Part shown: positions 45,431 to 57,184 of the stretch, one piece after another | Layout: every line of letters begins with the position of its first letter | Position numbering within the stretch: position 1 is the stretch's first letter | Assembly (NCBI GenBank): GCA_963717465.1 | Contig: OY970340.1 | Coordinates: forward strand, 2,688,001 to 2,752,000 | DNA from: Candidatus Bathyarchaeota archaeon | Lineage (GTDB): Archaea; Thermoproteota; Bathyarchaeia; Bathyarchaeales; Bathycorpusculaceae | Direction: 5' to 3' | Length of the DNA: 64,000 bases | Notes under the pieces: generated by a model | What the model was told of the DNA's origin: nothing | Databases searched by the model: none | The model's input: the letters and a program-made list of their open reading frames with translations, nothing else | Position numbers and translations under genes: made by a program

Positions 45431-46418
45431 ATGAAAGCTAAATCAACAACCAAACAAGAAACTATACAAATCGAGATACCGAAACCGCTGGATCAACTTT
45501 CAGAGGCGGAAATCAAAAGAAAAATCTGTATCGGAAAAATAATGACTTGCACCCTGCAAAATCTGACTTCAACTTTTGTTGACAACGACTTCCAATGGCT
45601 ACTCCCAGTTGCATTATCACAGTGCACCGATCCATTGTGGCCAGACCCTGGAGCGTCAATTGAGAAGCGAATTGAAGTAGATATTTACGGAAAACCAGTC
45701 CGCACCACAGCCAGCATGATTATCCACAAACTGATAGCCTCATCCTTAGCTTACTCTAAACTTTTCATTCTTTCACCCAACATTCGCATTGAAAAAGCAG
45801 AACGCGCCAAAACTGGCAAGCACATTTACGAGTTTACACAACTTGATTTTGAAGCAAGAGACGCTACCTCAAAAGAAGTTATGACACTTGTTGAAAACGC
45901 AATTTGCAGCCTAGTCAAAGATGTAAAACGCGACATGAAAGACGAATTAACTACACTTTGTCAAGACAGTAACCTGAAATCTCTAAAGGCACCCTTCAAA
46001 ACCTTTGATCGCGTAGACCTTGAAGCAAAATACGGTTCAGAATGGGAAGCAGGAATAATCAATGATTTCAAAGAACCAATATGGGTGACAAACATTCCTC
46101 GAGAATTCTACGATTTCGAAGACTTCCAAAACAGGAAAATGGGACAACTATGACCTGTTTCTGCCAAAATTCGGAGAAGTCCTCTCAGGCGCCAAACGAG
46201 AATGGGAATACAATAAAATCCTAAAGAAAATAGAACGCGACCAAGTAAAGAAAGAAAACTATGCATTGATGCTAAAATTGGCAAAAGAAGGAAGACTAAA
46301 ACCAAGTGCAGGCGGCGGCATAGGCATAGAACGTTTAGTAGGCTGGATTGCAGGTGTAAAACACATTGCTGAAACTCAACCATTCCCAAGAGTCCCTGGA
46401 ACAGTACATGAACTCTAA
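45431..46418 (+). CDS. Archaeal asparagine synthetase A, AsnRS-related (frameshift near 46135)
   Basis: TDPLWPDP, SMIIHK, LSPNIRIE, EFTQLDFE, PREFYD; then NYDLFLP..GEVLSG, SAGGGIGIER. Confidence 0.88.
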
Positions 46419-46514
46419 AAAACAAAGCCAATTAGCTAAAAAAGGAACCTAAATCTTTATCTTTTCAACATCCAAAGAAAAGGGAACTAATTTAAAATAA
46501 ACTAGGAAGCAAAA

Positions 46515-48407
46515 GTGATGAACCCATACCTTGAAGCTCTACAGCCGAAGCTTAGCCCAACTGACTTAGCAAAACTAAGTGCGATAGATAATCCAAACGT
46601 TCATGAATTTATAGCGAAAATGAGTGACCTTTGCCATGCCGAAAAAATCTTTGTCTGCAGCGATTCAGCAGAGGACATTGCCTACGTAAGAAAACAGGCA
46701 GTAGCCTCGGGAGAAGAACAAGCAATTTTAACGTTGCCTGGTCACACGGTTCACTTTGACGGTGAACAGGATCAGGGACGAGATAGGCAAGCAACTAAAT
46801 ATTTAGTTCCCAAAGGAATTTCTCTTAGCAAAGCTCTCAACCAGATAGACCGTCAAGAAGGATTAGCGGAAGTTCGAGGTTTACTCAGAGATTCCATGAA
46901 AAACCGAACGATGATTGTTCGCTTCATCTCCTTGGGGCCAAGAAACTCGGTATTTACGATTTTAGGGTTGCAATGCACTGATTCATGGTATGTTGCACAC
47001 TCTGAGGACCTTTTTATCGTTCAGGTTATGAAGAATTCATTAAAGCTGGACCAAAAAGTGACTTTTTGACGAGTTTTGCATTCAGCAGGCAAACTAACTG
47101 AAGAAATGGTTAGTGCAGAATACGACAAAAAACGCATATACATAGACAACATGGATAACACAATCTACAGCGTAAACACACAGTATGCTGGAAACTCTGT
47201 TGGATTCAAAAAACTTGCTTTCCGCTTAGCCATACGCAAAGCTAGTAGCGAAGGATGGCTAGCTGAACACATGCTACTAATGGGTGTACATGGACCAGGA
47301 GGACGAAAAACTTATTTTGCCGGTGCCTTCCCAAGCGCTTGCGGAAAAACATCTACAGCCATGCTTCCAGGTGAGACAATTCTTGGAGACGACATTGCAT
47401 ACATTAGAGACATTAACTCGGTTGCTAGGGCAGTTAACGTGGAAGCAGGTATATTCGGCATAATTCAAGATGTTAACCCAAGAGACGATGTCTTAATCTA
47501 CAAGGTTCTAACGCAGCCAGGTGAAATCATCTTTTCCAATGTATTAGTCAAAGATGGCAAACCCTACTGGCTAGGCATGGGTCAAGGAACTGCCAAAAGA
47601 TGGCTTGAACTATTCAGGAGCATGGTTTGAAGGAAAGAAAGACGAAAAGGGAGATGATATTCCAGCCGCCAACAAAAACGCTCGATATGCCGTAGCACTT
47701 AAAGCGCTGGAGAACTGTGACCCAGAGTTGGACAATCCTTTAGGCGTTGAGGTAGGCGGCATAATGTACGGTGGGCGAGATACTAAAGCTTACGTGCCTG
47801 TTCAGCAAAGCTTCAGTTGGGAGCACGGCATCATAGCTTATGGAGCATCGTTAGAAACAGAAACAACTTTTGCAACAATCGGGGCAGAGGGCATACCTGA
47901 AATAAACATGATGAGCATTCAAGACTTCATTTCAATTCCGTTGGGAAAAAACGTACATAACAACTTGAATTTCGGAGTGGAGACTAAAGGAGAAAGCACC
48001 AGTAGTCTTTGGAGTTAACTATTTCCTAAAAGACAAGGATAACGGCAAATACCTCAACTCACCGCAGGATAAGCATGTTTGGTTAAAATGGATGGAGCTG
48101 CGTGTTCACAAAGAAGTTGAAGCAGTTAGCTGCTCCTACAGGATTCATTCCCAAATATGAGGATTTACGCGTACTGTTTAAGCAAGTATTAGACAAAGAT
48201 TACCTTAAAGAAGACTACATAAAACAATTTACCATTAGAGTTCCTGAAAACTTGGCAAAGATCGAGCGTGTTCAACGATTTTACCAAGAGAACGTTACTG
48301 ACACACCACTCGAACTTTTTGGTGTTCTTTACCTGCAACGGGCACGCCTACTTGAAGCTAAAACTAAATACGGCGACTATATTTCACCTGAAAAATTTGA
48401 AAAATAG
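46515..48407 (+). CDS. pckG: Phosphoenolpyruvate carboxykinase (GTP), several frameshifts
   Basis: TDSWYVAHSE, YAGNSVGFKK, WLAEHM, AFPSACGKT, GDDIA, YGGR, VNYF. Confidence 0.9.
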
Positions 48408-48545
48408 AAATGAATTGCAAAAAACATTCAATTCCACCCTAATTTGGGTGAAATTTAAATGCTTGCAATACTGATTAAGAATTCATAATCATTAATAAAT
48501 AATTCCACTGCTATGAAAATAAAAAATCAAAAGGTGAAAAACCAA

Positions 48546-48786
48546 ATGATGAAAAAACAGACTAAAGCAAGAATTATTCGAGATAGACTTAACTCAGATT
48601 GAAGGTGACGGCGCTTTCCCATGTCCAAAATGCGGTATGCTAATATCACCTGAAGATGAGACAGAAGAAAACTACAAAATCATAGATACTAAAGTAGTCA
48701 ACGATGAACTGGTCGAACTGGTCGTTTGCTGTGGAAAATGCGGAAGCACCATTAGATTGACTGGTTTTCAGCAATCTGCAGGCTAG
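48546..48786 (+). CDS. Small Zn-ribbon protein (frameshift near start)
   Basis: IDLTQIEGDGAFPCPKCGMLISPEDE...CGKCGSTIRLTGF. Not in ORF track. Confidence 0.7.
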
Positions 48787-48805
48787 TTTAGTAAACATTT
48801 TTTAT

Positions 48806-49018
48806 TTAGCTTATTTTTCGAGTTATTCCAATGAAGAATAACCACACGATTATGCCATAGAAAAGTCCATTGAATACAGCGCTGAAGATGTCTATGTAAT
48901 TTTGAAGTCCTCTGTTTATCATTAGGCATAGCCAGTTTCCAGGAAATAATGGTGCTGGAATCAGTATGGAGATTAGGGCGAACATTGAAAAGAACAAGAG
49001 CAGTATTTTCCCTTTCAT
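48806..49018 (-). CDS. Small two-TM membrane protein
   Basis: LIPAPLFPG...NGLFYG; two hydrophobic helices. Confidence 0.6.
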   Translation of the reverse strand: MKGKILLLFFSMFALISILIPAPLFPGNWLCLMINRGLQNYIDIFSAVFNGLFYGIIVWLFFIGITRKIS

Positions 49019-49172
49019 GTATGCTTCAACCCCCCAAGACGTCTATTCTTTATTAATACATAATAAACCTTATTGTTTACATGTAGAACAAAAATACAGA
49101 ACCGAACACTTCAGATAAACTTGTAATCAACTTAAGCAAACACTTAATTGATCCATCAGCCATATTCGCATC

Positions 49173-49784
49173 TTGATGCACATGATCATTGAGACCTTTA
49201 TTGTTGGCATGCTATCAACAAACTGCTATGTCGTTAGCTGTGAGCAAACAAAGGAAGCAATCATAATCGACCCTGGATTTGAAACGCCATCAGAAGCAAA
49301 ACCTATCAACAATTATATCGACCAAAACAGGCTAACAATAAAATTTATCGTTAACACACATGGACATTCAGACCACGTTAGTGGAAACATCTTGGTTAAG
49401 AAAAGATACAAGGTTCCCATCTGCATTAACGAGCATGATATCGGTTTAATCGTAGATCAAGAAGAAATGCTTCCGAAAAATATTCCTCTGCAAGATGGAA
49501 GCTGCGTTAATTTTGGGCGAGTTTCGTTAAAAGTTATGCATACTCCAGGGCATACGCCTGGTAGTATTTGTTTGATCGGCGAAAATTGTATTTTTAGCGG
49601 GGACACATTATTTGCAGGTGGTATTGGGAGAACTGATTTTGCCGGTGGGTCAATGCGTGACATGACTGCATCTTTGAAGAAACTAATATGCTTGGCAGAT
49701 AGTCTTCTCGTTTATCCTGGCCATGGAGTTTCTTCCACTTTAGGCGAGGAGAAGCGAGATAACATTTTCTTGAATGATTTGTAA
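49173..49784 (+). CDS. MBL-fold metallo-hydrolase (glyoxalase II-like)
   Basis: TNCY, THGHSDH, TPGHTPG, GDTLF, PGHG. Confidence 0.93.
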   Translation: MMHMIIETFIVGMLSTNCYVVSCEQTKEAIIIDPGFETPSEAKPINNYIDQNRLTIKFIVNTHGHSDHVSGNILVKKRYKVPICINEHDIGLIVDQEEMLPKNIPLQDGSCVNFGRVSLKVMHTPGHTPGSICLIGENCIFSGDTLFAGGIGRTDFAGGSMRDMTASLKKLICLADSLLVYPGHGVSSTLGEEKRDNIFLNDL

Positions 49785-49920
49785 ACCTTATTTTTTCTTA
49801 TTAGTCTTAACTATGTATTATCGATTTGTATTGGTGTTCTACTTGTAATCATTTCGTGTAGTAAGACATAATACTTAATAAAGCTCAAGGTGCCAAAAGC
49901 TTAATGGAGAACAAAAGAGA

Positions 49921-51574
49921 ATGCCAAAGCTACGGCTAAGATCACGGCTAAAAGAGGTCCTCTCAAAAGTTAAAGTAATTAAAAAAATAAAAATAAACTT
50001 CAAAAGCAAAAAAAAGGAGCAACGAGTTTCCAGCTGGAGCACCCACACCAAAGATAGTTCCTAAAGGACTTAAATTAGTCGAGAAATATCCATTATACGA
50101 ACCCTTTTCGCACGTAGCAATAGTACAAAACCCTAAAACAGGAGAGTTCAAATACGTTCTAGATGAACTCCAACTTGACCAATTAGAAAGAGGCGTTTAC
50201 AATCGAGTTTTAGAAATATTAATCGCTGAAATACAGTCCCCAAAAGAAGAAATAGTTGACCCAAGAAAATTTTTCGCTGAAGAAGCAAAAAAGATAGTAG
50301 ATAAATACCGAATCAGTTTAGGATGGCTTCCAGACGTTTCTTGGTACAAAATTCTATACCATGCTGAACGAGATCTCGTTGGATTTGGCAAAATCGACCC
50401 TTTAATGAGAGACCCAAACATAGAAGATATCTCATGCGATGGAGTAGACAAGGCAGTTTATATTTGGCACAGAAATTTTGAAAGCATAGAAACTAACATC
50501 CAGTTCGAAGATGATGAAACTCTTGATAACATGGTTGTTAAACTCGTCCACATGGCTGGAAAACACGTTAGTTCAGCCTTTCCAATAGTTGATGCGTCAC
50601 TGCCAGGAAAACACAGACTTGCAGTTTGCTATAGGCGAGAAATTACACCTTTTGGGACTGCTTTCACCATCAGAAAATTCAGAGAAGACCCATATTCAGT
50701 AATAGACTTAATCAACATTGGAACCTTTTCAGAGGAAATGGCAGCTTACTTCTGGGTTTGCCTAGAAAACAGGGCTTCAATTATGGTTCTTGGTGGAACT
50801 GCTGCAGGCAAAACCACCGCGTTAAACACTTTGGCTTGCCTGATTAAACCTGGAAGCAAAATTATAACAATTGAAGAAACTGCCGAATTGAATCTGCCTC
50901 ATGAAAACTGGGTATCACTTATTTCTAGGCAAAGCTACGGCTTAGGCGGAAGCACCATTGGTGAAGTATCACTCTTTGACTTAGTAAAAACTTCGATGAG
51001 ACACCGTCCAGATATGATGATTGTGGGCGAAATCAGAGGCCAAGAAGCTTACGTGCTATTCCAAGCATTGGCAACTGGACACGGAGGCATGGCTACGATG
51101 CACGCTGAGAACTTGGATTCAGCTGTAAAACGGTTAACTCAAAAACCGATGGATATCTCACCTGCTTACATTCCATTAATGAATATAGTTTTGTCAGTAC
51201 AAAGAGTTCACTTAATTAAAAATGGTGATAAAAAAGCTTTCAGAAGAGTACTTAACGTAAACGAAATAGTCGATTACGAAAACTACAGAACAATATCTGA
51301 GTGGAACCCTATAGAAGACACTCATAAAATCAATTTTGAGAACAGTAACTTACTTGGTCTTTTGGCTGAGCGACGAGGCTTAAGCAAGAAGGACATGATT
51401 GAGGAAATAGGTAGACGCAAAGAAGTCTTACATTGGATGAGGGAAAGAAACATCCGAAGCTACAAGGATGTTGCCGCCATAATTGCTGAGTATAGTTCTA
51501 AACCTAAACAAATTTATGAAAAAATACTCGCAGGAGAAGAGGTAAAAGCAGTTGACAATGCTAAAGAAGATTGA
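49921..51574 (+). CDS. Type IV pilus / type II secretion assembly ATPase (frameshift near poly-A at about 50010)
   Basis: GFGKIDPLMRDPNIEDISCDG, FTIRKF, GGTAAGKTT, RHRPD..VGEIRG, TGH; frame open upstream to about 50020. Confidence 0.92.
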
Positions 51575-53252
51575 AGGATGGTCTTTCCGCCTCTTCGGTG
51601 GGTTAGCGCCTTACTTTTTGAAGCACATCCGTCAATTAAAAGGCACGCTTGATAGGGCGCTTATAAGAATTTATCCTGAAGCCTATGTTTCATTGATGTT
51701 CTTCATAGCCGCGGTAACGATTCCTGTGTCGGCAATTTCATTATTTGTAACGATCCACTTTGGTTTCCTTCCTGCATTGATTATGGCGCCTTTTCCTCTC
51801 TATGTTATGGCTGTCTTCATGCTTGCACCCATGTCGAAAGCCAGCGATCGGGCTACAGGTGTAGAGAGAGAAATACCTTTTGCGGCCGCATACATCAGCG
51901 TCATGGCTTCAGGCGGAATTGCCCCTTACAATAGTTTCAAACGGTTATCAGAAATCAATTTAATGCCATCAATGAGAATAGAAGCCCGAGAGATTACTAA
52001 AGACGTAGAGATTTTTGGCACCGACCCATTGACTGCTATCGAAGTCGCAGCCAAAAAGAATCCAAACGACATCTTCAGAGATTTTCTGTCAGGCTACGCA
52101 TCCACAGTAATTATTGGAGGAGACATAGGCCATTTCCTTGAACGCAAAGCAGAAGAAATCTTTAGAGCAAGAGCACTGAGGGTCAAAGCTGCCGCGGAAC
52201 GTTTAGGAATGCTTCTTGAAACCTTCGTTATAGTCATGGTCATGATGTCCCTGTGTTTCTATATCATGTTCAGCGTTCAATCAATTTACAGCACTGGTGC
52301 AACAGGAACATACTCCACCATGATCATGTATACTTACGTGTTTATGCCTATGCTATCAGTGCTGTTCATTTATTTAGCGCATAGTATGCAACCGAAATCG
52401 CCCTCAACTGATATGCGACCATACAAAGTTTTTGGAGTTTGCAGCATTATTGCAATAGTAGTGTTCTTGCTACTGACGAACTTTATGGGAATAATAAGTG
52501 TTCCATTCCTTGCCGCCTTGAGCTCCGTGATTGATCTGCCAATTGCAATAACCGTAGCTTTGGTTGTTGCTACCGCTCCTGCAGCAATATTGCATATGAA
52601 GTACTCGAAGCAGCAAAGTGGTATAGAGTCAGGAATAAACAATTTCCTAAGAGACTTAACGGAAGTTAGGAAAACTGGTTTATCGCCCGAAAAATGCATT
52701 GAAAGCTTAGCCAAAAGAGACTATGGAGTGTTTAGTAAGGAACTGCGGAAGATAAGCGCTGAAATTTCATGGGGCATACCCCTTAAAAAAGTAATAATGC
52801 AGTTCATTTCGCGAACAAGAAGCTGGATGACTCAACTCGTCATGTTTCTACTTGTCGAAACTATAGATGTGGGTGGAGGAACCATTGGAATGATTGAGTC
52901 GTTAGCTCGATTTAACAATCTAACCCAAGAAGTTGAAAAAGAGAAGAAAATGTCAACACGCCCATACGTAATGATGCCATATCTCTCAGCAATACTGCTA
53001 GTTGGTACTACAACTATGATGATGGCCATGTCTTCAGGAGCCATTACAGGGATAACAAGTGCATCGTCAAAAGACCTTGGTCAGATGAGCCTGATTTTCA
53101 ACACGTCTGTAATCTTTCAAAGCTACCTCATAGGCATAGTGGCTGGAAAAATCAGTGAAGAATCAGTTGCAGCGGGATTTAAGCATGCCTCGATACTCGT
53201 AATAATTGCTCTGGTAGCTTCAAAACTAGTTCCGTTGTTCATACATGTTTAA
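51552..53252 (+). CDS. Pilus membrane platform protein (FlaJ/TadC-like, two T2SSF domains)
   Basis: Polytopic; EIPFAAAYISVMASGG and FLRDLTEVRKTG repeats; overlaps the ATPase gene. Confidence 0.9.
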   Translation: MTMLKKIEGWSFRLFGGLAPYFLKHIRQLKGTLDRALIRIYPEAYVSLMFFIAAVTIPVSAISLFVTIHFGFLPALIMAPFPLYVMAVFMLAPMSKASDRATGVEREIPFAAAYISVMASGGIAPYNSFKRLSEINLMPSMRIEAREITKDVEIFGTDPLTAIEVAAKKNPNDIFRDFLSGYASTVIIGGDIGHFLERKAEEIFRARALRVKAAAERLGMLLETFVIVMVMMSLCFYIMFSVQSIYSTGATGTYSTMIMYTYVFMPMLSVLFIYLAHSMQPKSPSTDMRPYKVFGVCSIIAIVVFLLLTNFMGIISVPFLAALSSVIDLPIAITVALVVATAPAAILHMKYSKQQSGIESGINNFLRDLTEVRKTGLSPEKCIESLAKRDYGVFSKELRKISAEISWGIPLKKVIMQFISRTRSWMTQLVMFLLVETIDVGGGTIGMIESLARFNNLTQEVEKEKKMSTRPYVMMPYLSAILLVGTTTMMMAMSSGAITGITSASSKDLGQMSLIFNTSVIFQSYLIGIVAGKISEESVAAGFKHASILVIIALVASKLVPLFIHV

Positions 53253-53259
53253 AGGAGAG

Positions 53260-54147
53260 ATAGAAAAAAAACGCAACGGATTAAACCGAAAAGAAGCATA
53301 AGAAGCAACAAAAAGGCAATAAGCCCAGCTATTTCAACCATTATACTAACTGCGGCAGTTATAGTCTATAATTCTTGTCGCGATGAGCTACGCAAACACT
53401 TTCTTAACGGTTCAAATAGCAGGAAACGAGTTCAGCACTAACACGCAGTTTATGCTTACAACGGGACTTCAAGTTGACGATATGGCATGGATTGCAGGTC
53501 AAACACAGACTGTTTATTACTCAAGCAATTATGGATCATTTACTAGCCAGTATGCATCGTTAAACTACACTTTTGAAGTCACCAGTGACGGTGTGCATTG
53601 GACTACAGTATGCAGCAACGTAACTTCAATGCTAATGTATCAAATGCCCATATCATATTACTCTGAGGGAAATAATTACTTTGAACGTCTGATACCCACA
53701 TCAAGCGGGTCTTTCCTGCAGCAAGGTGCTTCTGCGCCCGCGTACAATGTTTTCTGTATTGAAAACACATCTATGGCACAGGGAAATTATATTCAAACAG
53801 TTGTAGTTCCAACAATAAGAGTGATTGATTCCAGTATAACCAGCCAGCAAGAATCTACTAGTTACTTAAAGTTCTATTTACCGCTTCTTAATTCAAGCGA
53901 AAGTGATTATTATTCTAAGTCGTTAACGCTGACTGGAAATGGTATAACCCAATATACGGTTACAAATGCGACCGAGCTCGAGATTATTGTTCAATATCCT
54001 AATTTCTCTCAAGGATTTGGCAGTTCATTCTTTAATTTTAACTCATCTACAATATTCCTGAATAGCTCAACTTCTCCAAGCGTTTTTCCAAATTCAACTT
54101 TGGAAATTTACTTGGGACAAGTGATATTCAGCGTAGGACAGGTGTAG
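53260..54147 (+). CDS. Pilin-like protein with class III signal peptide (frameshift near 53365; start uncertain)
   Basis: Upstream frame reads KSIRSNKKA/ISPAISTIILTAAVIV, joining ORF 53383-54147. Confidence 0.7.
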
Positions 54148-54158
54148 GAGAACAAAAA

Positions 54159-54638
54159 ATGCAGACCTCAATTGAATATATGATTATGATTCCGCTGATG
54201 ATAATGCAAATCTTTCTTTTCCCGTATGAAGCCAGCGTTGTCATGGGCAGTTGGACTAATTCACAAGAAACTCTTCAACTTCAAGAAGTAAACAACTACA
54301 TGGGCAGTGCAATAACCCAGTTATATTCATCTTTAAATCACGGCACTATTAATGCAGGCACTGTAACAAGCAAGGTTGACGTGCCCGCTTACATAGATGG
54401 ATGTTCTTACAATGGAACAGCTTCGCTTATAACAGCAACAGGCGATTCATCGAATTCAAGCGAAATTTTAGATATTACCTTGATTCTTTGTGGAACAAAC
54501 ATTCAATCAGTAGTTTCAGTCACTTTAGGACAGAACGCCCAATGGGTAAATTCAACTTACATTAGTAACTCGAACAATGCACAAATAAACGCTACTAAAT
54601 TGACGGACGGAACAATAGCTTTTTCATTCATATCTTAG
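54159..54638 (+). CDS. Minor pilin-like protein
   Basis: MQTSIEY plus hydrophobic helix (QxSxE motif). Confidence 0.7.
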   Translation: MQTSIEYMIMIPLMIMQIFLFPYEASVVMGSWTNSQETLQLQEVNNYMGSAITQLYSSLNHGTINAGTVTSKVDVPAYIDGCSYNGTASLITATGDSSNSSEILDITLILCGTNIQSVVSVTLGQNAQWVNSTYISNSNNAQINATKLTDGTIAFSFIS

Positions 54639-54649
54639 GTGTAATTGAA

Positions 54650-55879
54650 ATGGTTAGCACAACAATTGATCATATGGTTGCGCTCATAATTTTCATAGCC
54701 GCTATTACGCTTTTCATAGGTCTATTCAATCAGACTATTCAAACGGCTGTAGTTTACCAAAATCATAGTGTAATTGCGAATGAAGCTAGCGATTTAATTG
54801 ACACTATACTTCTAAGTCCAGGAGCCCCTACAGATTGGGGTACTACAGCTAATACTCCAAGCAGTTTTGGAATTCAAGATCCAGAGTTCAGTCAGTACGC
54901 TGTAAGCCCATTTTCTCTAGCCCACCTGTATTCCTACTATGGGACGCCAATTTATTATGGTGAAGTTAACACGACAAGTGGAATGTATGACAACTTAACC
55001 ATGAATTCTGGAGGTTACTTTTTAATGCCCTACGAATCCTTAGTTACTTATTCCTCTGCAGAAGAATCGCTTGGAATCAGCAATTCATACGGATTCCAGC
55101 TTACTTTAACGCCGATTGTAACTATTGCGATTAATCAAATTCAAACAAACCCATTAACTTTTTCAGTCCAAGTTGAAGGCATAAGCTCAACAATTGCAAA
55201 CGCAACGGTAAATTACACTCTGCTAACGGTTTCATTGAACAATACAAGCAAAATTCCCCGTTACACTACTGAAAGCAACAGTACAGTTACCGATTCCACC
55301 GGATCAGCAATAATCACGTTTCCCGACATAACAAATTCTAACATAAGTTACGTGTTTTTAGCTTATGCCAGTCTAAGCGGCCTAAACGGCGTAGGTTATT
55401 ATGTTAACTCAATAAATAGTGCCCAGAGCGTAATTCCAATTGTTGGAAACATAGGTAATGGAACAATAATTTTAGCCAATAATCTGGATGTTAGCACCTA
55501 CGGCGGCTCAACGGTTGAAAATGATGCGGTTTCCTATAACACAACGCTTTTCGTTTTGACTGAAGATCATAATTTTAATCAACTCATACTCAATGATTCT
55601 GGAATTGTAGGTAATGGGTACAGTCAATATGGCCAAACTACGATTCCCTCCTTTGATCAAGCCATCTTGGTGACAGTTTATAACAGTTCAGCAACAGACA
55701 CGGGCATTTCAATAATGCCCTGGGGACTCGGGTCTTTAGGTTGCACTTTAACGTTTGGAGGGAACCCATCAAATGCGGAATGGGTTTCAACCGATATACG
55801 ACAGGTATTAGTAGGCGGAATCGCCTATCAAGCAAAACTTGCTGTATGGAGTTACACAGGAACTACGGTGATTGGCTAA
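54650..55879 (+). CDS. Pilin-like/pilus accessory protein
   Basis: N-terminal TIDH plus TM helix, SPGAPTDWG, many N-x-S/T sequons. Confidence 0.7.
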   Translation: MVSTTIDHMVALIIFIAAITLFIGLFNQTIQTAVVYQNHSVIANEASDLIDTILLSPGAPTDWGTTANTPSSFGIQDPEFSQYAVSPFSLAHLYSYYGTPIYYGEVNTTSGMYDNLTMNSGGYFLMPYESLVTYSSAEESLGISNSYGFQLTLTPIVTIAINQIQTNPLTFSVQVEGISSTIANATVNYTLLTVSLNNTSKIPRYTTESNSTVTDSTGSAIITFPDITNSNISYVFLAYASLSGLNGVGYYVNSINSAQSVIPIVGNIGNGTIILANNLDVSTYGGSTVENDAVSYNTTLFVLTEDHNFNQLILNDSGIVGNGYSQYGQTTIPSFDQAILVTVYNSSATDTGISIMPWGLGSLGCTLTFGGNPSNAEWVSTDIRQVLVGGIAYQAKLAVWSYTGTTVIG

Positions 55880-57183
55880 TGATGCGCACTATTGAAGTTT
55901 TAATCGCGATAATAATCATCACTGGAGCCTTCATCGCCGTTTCAACTTACGTTGTTTTGCCAAAACCAGGAGTAGTTTCACCCATGAACTTAGATCGTCT
56001 CTCACTGACAACCCTGCAACTGTTGGACAATGAATATAACTTGAGTGCAGCAGCATTTGACCCAACGAATAATGTTTTATGGAGTAATCTGCAAACATCT
56101 CTTTCCGCTTCGCTGCCAGCTGATGTAATTTACAACTTAACTGTCTATGATGTCAATAGCACTGGGGAATCTGGGTTATACAATACTGTGTATAGTATTT
56201 CTAACGCTGAAAGCGTGGGAACAGCCTCTGGGGTATCATCATATATGGTTGCTTCCTCAAATGTTACATTTAATGTTACACCACAAAAAATAGGCGAAAG
56301 CAGTGGTGGAGGAACATTGTACATTTTAAATTGCAGTGATGCTAACGGTTGGTGGATTAGCGGTTACACCTCGTACAGTTTAGCTCAAAACTTGTATCAA
56401 ATGCTCTCGCCTTATTTTGTCAATACAGTAATGGTTCAAAACACAAGTCAATTAGAATCTATACTTCACGGAGTTTCTTTGCAGGGAGAAACCGTTCAGA
56501 ATGCGGTTATCATTAATACTTGCGGAGAAGCAGTACCTATACCCGCGGATTACTGCAATTCAACTTACTCGACTAATTCATATGCTTACTACAGTTATTA
56601 TCTTGGTCAAAGAGTAAACATATATAATTGGACTTGGTGCAGCATAGTTGGTTACCCGTTCTACTACGTAAGCAACACAGTGGCTCTATCAAGCACTCAA
56701 AGTTGGGGCATCTATGGAACAGAAATGACTGGCCAAGGGGGCATAAATGCTTTCCTTGAAGGGCTAGATAATCAAACGTACGTGTCAAATACAAACGGAC
56801 TTGTAGGTACGTGCAGTTCGACGCTTACAACTGTCGCATTAACGGCATGCAATTACTATGGCATATATCCCTCAGCAACTCAGACATTTACAAGAGCATT
56901 ATCCAACTCGATACTTCAAAGCTACGACCTTTCAATTGGATTGAACATTTCCTACCCAGTAGGATCCTATGACCCTGGAACATTGTATAATCATATTCCA
57001 AAAGGAGGAACAGCGGTCAGTGGAAACTTTTTAGCATTAGGTTTAGACCGTACGCCTGATGTTCGAATTACAGCCATAAGTCTTCTCTCGTACTATTCAC
57101 CAAGATTGTACAATTCAGAATACACGGCAGCTGGAACGTCTAGAGAAGTTGTTTTACAATTAGGTTTAGTAGGAGAAGACTAA
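55879..57183 (+). CDS. Pilin-like/pilus accessory protein
   Basis: MMRTIEVLIAIIII; ATG overlaps the previous stop (TAATG). Confidence 0.7.
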   Translation: MMRTIEVLIAIIIITGAFIAVSTYVVLPKPGVVSPMNLDRLSLTTLQLLDNEYNLSAAAFDPTNNVLWSNLQTSLSASLPADVIYNLTVYDVNSTGESGLYNTVYSISNAESVGTASGVSSYMVASSNVTFNVTPQKIGESSGGGTLYILNCSDANGWWISGYTSYSLAQNLYQMLSPYFVNTVMVQNTSQLESILHGVSLQGETVQNAVIINTCGEAVPIPADYCNSTYSTNSYAYYSYYLGQRVNIYNWTWCSIVGYPFYYVSNTVALSSTQSWGIYGTEMTGQGGINAFLEGLDNQTYVSNTNGLVGTCSSTLTTVALTACNYYGIYPSATQTFTRALSNSILQSYDLSIGLNISYPVGSYDPGTLYNHIPKGGTAVSGNFLALGLDRTPDVRITAISLLSYYSPRLYNSEYTAAGTSREVVLQLGLVGED

Positions 57184-57184
57184 A

